64,000 bases of DNA from an uncultured bacterium (GTDB lineage Bacteria > Verrucomicrobiota > Verrucomicrobiia > CAIQCK01): the NCBI GenBank assembly GCA_903870275.1, contig CAIQCK010000049.1, positions 17,672 through 81,671 on the forward strand, read 5' to 3'. The notes below the pieces were generated by a model. The model saw only the letters and a list, made by a program, of their open reading frames with translations, was not told the origin of the DNA and made no database searches. Shown here piece after piece: positions 61,358 through 64,000 of the stretch. Within the stretch, counting starts at the first letter, position 1. Every line of letters begins with the position of its first letter. The translations under genes were made by a program, and so were the position numbers.

Positions 61358-63079
61358 CCCACCAGCGTGGGGTTCACGGTGCTTCTCGCCGTTTTCGCCA
61401 TCCTCTTCCTGTTCTACCCGCTCGGCTACATCTTCAAGGCGGCGTTCTGGCCGAATGGCGGATTCACGCTGGAGTTTTTCCGGCTGCTGTTCACCAGCCC
61501 GTTCCAACTCGAATGCCTCCGCAACAGCGTCCTGCTCAGCATCGTCATCACCGCGCTGACGACGGTCATCACCCTGCCGGTGGCGCACTGGTTCACGCGC
61601 TACAGTTTTCCCGGCAAGGCGATCCTGAGCGGCTTGCTGCTCGTGCCGATGGTCCTGCCGCCGTTCGTCGGTGCCATCGGCGTCAAACAGGTCTTTGCCC
61701 GGTTCGGCTCGCTGAATCTGCTGCTCGACAAACTCGGCCTCGTGCCGCTCGACAACGGCATTGACTGGCTCGGCGCGGGCGGTTTTTGGGGCGTGGTCAT
61801 CCTCGGCGTGCTGCACGTCTATCCGATCATGTTCCTGAACGTGAGCGCCGCAATGGCCAACGTGGATCCGACCTTGCGCGAAGCGGCGGAGAACCTCGGC
61901 GCGCGCGGCTGGCGGCTGTTCCGCACGATCACGTTGCCGCTGGTGATGCCCGGCTATTTTGCCGGCGCCATCATCGTGTTCATATTCGCATTCACCGACC
62001 TCGGCACACCGTTGCTCATCGGCTACAACCGCGTCGTGGCGGTGCAAATCTTCGACAAGATCGTCGAGGTCGGCACCAACCCGTTTGCCTACACGCTGGT
62101 CATCCTCGTGCTGTTGGTGACGCTGGTCCTCTTCTTCGTCTCGAAAAAGCTCACCGGCGAGAAGAGCTACGAGATGATGGCGCGCGGCCACACCGCCGGA
62201 GCCGAAACGCCCGCGCCGCCGCGCTTGCGATGGTGGATTTACGGCGGGACCACCGCTCTCGTGCTCGTGTCGCTGCTGCCGCACGCGAGCGTCGTGATCC
62301 AATCCTTCGCGTCCCATTGGTTCATGACCATCCTGCCCGACCAGGTGACCACGCAGTTTTACGGTGAGGTGTTCCACCATCCGCTGACGCTCTCCTCCAT
62401 CCGCAACAGTCTCCTCTACTCGTCGTTGAGCGCGTTTCTTGACCTGATCCTCGGCGTGATGATCGCGTGGCTGCTGACGCGGCGGCGCGCGCCGGGCGCA
62501 AACCTGCTCGACGCCATCGCCATGCTGCCGCTGGCGTTGCCGGGCATCGTGCTCGCGTTTGGCTACGTCGCCGGGTTCAACATTCCCGTGGACCCGAAAC
62601 ATCCGCCGGCGGCGTGGTATCAATGGCTGCACGATTTTATCGATCCGTCGGTGAACCCCACGGTACTTCTGGTTGTCAGCTACTCGGTGCGGCGGCTTCC
62701 CTACATTGTCCGCGCCGCGGTCGCGGGCCTGCAACAAACCAGCGTGACGCTGGAGGAAGCCTCGTTGAATCTCGGCGCGTCAACCTTCCGCACCCTGCGG
62801 AAGATTACGCTGCCGCTGGTGATGGCGAACCTGATCGCCGGCACGATCCTGACGTTCTCGTTCGCCATGCTGGAGGTCAGCGACAGCCTCATCCTCGCGA
62901 TGAAGGAAGCCTACTACCCGATCACCAAGGGCATCTACCAGCTGATCGGCCGCGTGGACCCGAACGCGCCGGCGGTGGCGTGCGCGCTCGGCGTGCTCGG
63001 CATGGTGTTGCTGGCGGCGAGCCTGCTGGTCGCCAGCAAGGCGCTCGGCAAACGCATGGGCCAGTTGTTCCGCGCGTGA
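61304..63079 (+). CDS. ABC transporter permease, duplicated (12-TM) FbpB/ThiP type
   Basis: It has two MalFG-type permease modules, each with an EAA-like loop (LREAAENLGARGWRLFRTITLPL; LEEASLNLGASTFRTLRKITLPL). The GTG at 61304 is the longest start. The in-frame GTG at 61367 (VGFTVLL...) would exclude the repeat block. Confidence 0.85.
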   Translation: MNRQNTQKRITNYESRVTPTSVGFTVLLAVFAILFLFYPLGYIFKAAFWPNGGFTLEFFRLLFTSPFQLECLRNSVLLSIVITALTTVITLPVAHWFTRYSFPGKAILSGLLLVPMVLPPFVGAIGVKQVFARFGSLNLLLDKLGLVPLDNGIDWLGAGGFWGVVILGVLHVYPIMFLNVSAAMANVDPTLREAAENLGARGWRLFRTITLPLVMPGYFAGAIIVFIFAFTDLGTPLLIGYNRVVAVQIFDKIVEVGTNPFAYTLVILVLLVTLVLFFVSKKLTGEKSYEMMARGHTAGAETPAPPRLRWWIYGGTTALVLVSLLPHASVVIQSFASHWFMTILPDQVTTQFYGEVFHHPLTLSSIRNSLLYSSLSAFLDLILGVMIAWLLTRRRAPGANLLDAIAMLPLALPGIVLAFGYVAGFNIPVDPKHPPAAWYQWLHDFIDPSVNPTVLLVVSYSVRRLPYIVRAAVAGLQQTSVTLEEASLNLGASTFRTLRKITLPLVMANLIAGTILTFSFAMLEVSDSLILAMKEAYYPITKGIYQLIGRVDPNAPAVACALGVLGMVLLAASLLVASKALGKRMGQLFRA

Positions 63080-63110
63080 CGCCGGCGACATCCTCGGCTA
63101 GCATCCGGTC

Positions 63111-63665
63111 ATGGCCAAGCCGCGTTTACATCCCGATGTTGCCGAAGTGTTGCTCACAGAGCGGCGCATCCACCGGCGCATCGCCACACTGGCGCGCGAA
63201 ATCGCCAAATGCTACAGCGACAAAGAGGTCACGATCATCACCGTGCTCAACGGCAGCATGGTGTTCCTCGGCGAATTGTTGCACCGGCTGCCGATGCCGA
63301 CGCGCCTCGACAGCATTGTCGCGCGCAGCTACGGCGCGCGCACCACATCGAGTGGCCGCGTGCGCACCCGCTGTCAGTGGCAATTGTCGTTAAAAGACAA
63401 ACACGTGCTGCTGGTTGACGACATCCTCGATACCGGCCAGACACTGAAGATGATCCGCGACCGCCTCCGCCGCGAGTGTCCCGCAAGTTTGCGCACGTGC
63501 GTGTTGCTCAATAAGCCCACGCGCCGCGAGGTGGACCTCCAGCCGGATTTCGTCGGCTTCAACATCCCCGACAAGTTCGTCGTCGGCTACGGCCTCGACT
63601 TCGCCGAACGCTATCGCAACCTCCCCTGCATCGCCGTGCTGAAGCCGGAAATCTACCGCGCATGA
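63111..63665 (+). CDS. hpt: hypoxanthine phosphoribosyltransferase
   Basis: 184 aa. PRPP motif VLLVDDILDTGQT, plus FVVGYGLDF...YRNLP. Confidence 0.9.
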   Translation: MAKPRLHPDVAEVLLTERRIHRRIATLAREIAKCYSDKEVTIITVLNGSMVFLGELLHRLPMPTRLDSIVARSYGARTTSSGRVRTRCQWQLSLKDKHVLLVDDILDTGQTLKMIRDRLRRECPASLRTCVLLNKPTRREVDLQPDFVGFNIPDKFVVGYGLDFAERYRNLPCIAVLKPEIYRA

Positions 63666-63736
63666 CCTTGGCAAGGAGAAACAACTTCCGCGAAACACAT
63701 CCATTTAATGTCCACTTCAACCCAGGAGTTCATGAA

Positions 63737-64000
63737 ATGAGTTCGAGTCTGATGAGAACAGTTGCCTCTTATTGCATGGCGCTCGCTTTGCTCGCAGGCG
63801 CCGCGACGCTTCGCGCCGACGTTGCCCCGGAAGCGGTGAAGTTCAAGGACGGCGATCATGTCTGCTTCATCGGCGACAGCATCACGCACGGCGGCGGGTT
63901 CGGCTACCACAGCCAGATCGCCCTCTTCTATGCGACGCGCTTTCCGCAGATGCACATCGGGTACTGGAACTGCGGCATCTCGGGCGACAGCGCCGCGGGC
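63737..64000 (+). CDS. secreted SGNH/GDSL-family hydrolase (5' part; runs off the window)
   Basis: My own translation gives MSSSLMRTVASYCMALALLAGAATLRA (signal peptide), then FIGDSITHGGG (SGNH block I) and GISGDS. The frame stays open to the window end. Confidence 0.6.
   Translation, partial: MSSSLMRTVASYCMALALLAGAATLRADVAPEAVKFKDGDHVCFIGDSITHGGGFGYHSQIALFYATRFPQMHIGYWNCGISGDSAAG

Noticed and set aside
55527-62737. Chain of long minus-strand ORFs (55527-56678, 56537-58000, 58746-59969, 59969-61261, 61265-62737)
   Set aside because: They are antisense to the EIIA-DAC, M24 peptidase, htpX, binding-protein, ATPase and permease genes. They have no motifs and typical high-GC antisense composition.

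Overview
High-GC (roughly 60-65% by eye), densely coding bacterial chromosomal window. I count about 55 CDS and one tRNA-Pro. I recognised no rRNA, CRISPR array, transposase, integrase or phage gene. The gene style suggests a PVC-group organism (Verrucomicrobiota/Planctomycetota), which is inference only: Tat-exported Gfo/Idh/MocA oxidoreductases, very large Sec-secreted glycan-active proteins, a URO-D-like gene inside a sugar locus, and AT-rich heptamer microsatellites in a GC-rich background. Layout: (1) 183-6069 is an RND efflux operon (permease, adaptor, NodT-type outer-membrane factor). (2) 6116-11039 holds a GAF protein with a Cys/His-rich tail, HU, a small membrane protein, serS and a response-regulator-PAS-PP2C phosphatase. 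(3) 11023-38816 is a ~28-kb carbohydrate-utilisation supercluster organised around a divergent promoter at ~17.8 kb. It contains a cupin isomerase, TauE/SafE, a PIG-L deacetylase, a NagB-like deaminase, two MFS transporters, four Gfo/Idh/MocA oxidoreductases (one Tat-exported and paired with a Tat-exported TIM-barrel enzyme), a ROK regulator, Fe-ADH, a split transketolase, RpiB, an APH-fold kinase, a URO-D-like protein and three giant secreted proteins. (4) 38905-44771 holds tRNA-Pro(CGG), pcm, a GT2/acyltransferase/GT28 glycolipid-type cluster, an aminotransferase and lipA. (5) 44772-45482 is a 0.7-kb gap with no convincing gene. (6) 45483-53288 holds an ankyrin protein, an acylphosphatase, an ABC-2 exporter, a metallophosphoesterase, GT9 and pabC/pabB. 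(7) 53459-64000 holds tsaD, a low-GC orphan gene, a PTS-EIIA::diadenylate-cyclase fusion, an M24 peptidase, htpX, a Fe3+/polyamine-type ABC importer, hpt and a partial SGNH hydrolase. The observations I consider most worth follow-up are these. First, the EIIA-DAC fusion, which carries an RHR->RHE motif variant. Second, the ROK/Fe-ADH/split-transketolase/RpiB cassette, which resembles a transketolase-dependent (sulfo-TK-like) sugar-cleavage module. Third, the Tat-exported oxidoreductase/TIM-barrel pair, a candidate for oxidative glycoside cleavage. Fourth, the translationally coupled glycosidase-like/MFS/APH-kinase/oxidoreductase operon. Fifth, a perfect 28-bp inverted repeat carrying SD and anti-SD sequences. 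Sixth, a cluster of heptanucleotide-period microsatellites, two of which form in-frame insertions in conserved enzymes (tsaD and the M24 peptidase). All functional calls come from reading the translated ORFs by eye; no searches were run.
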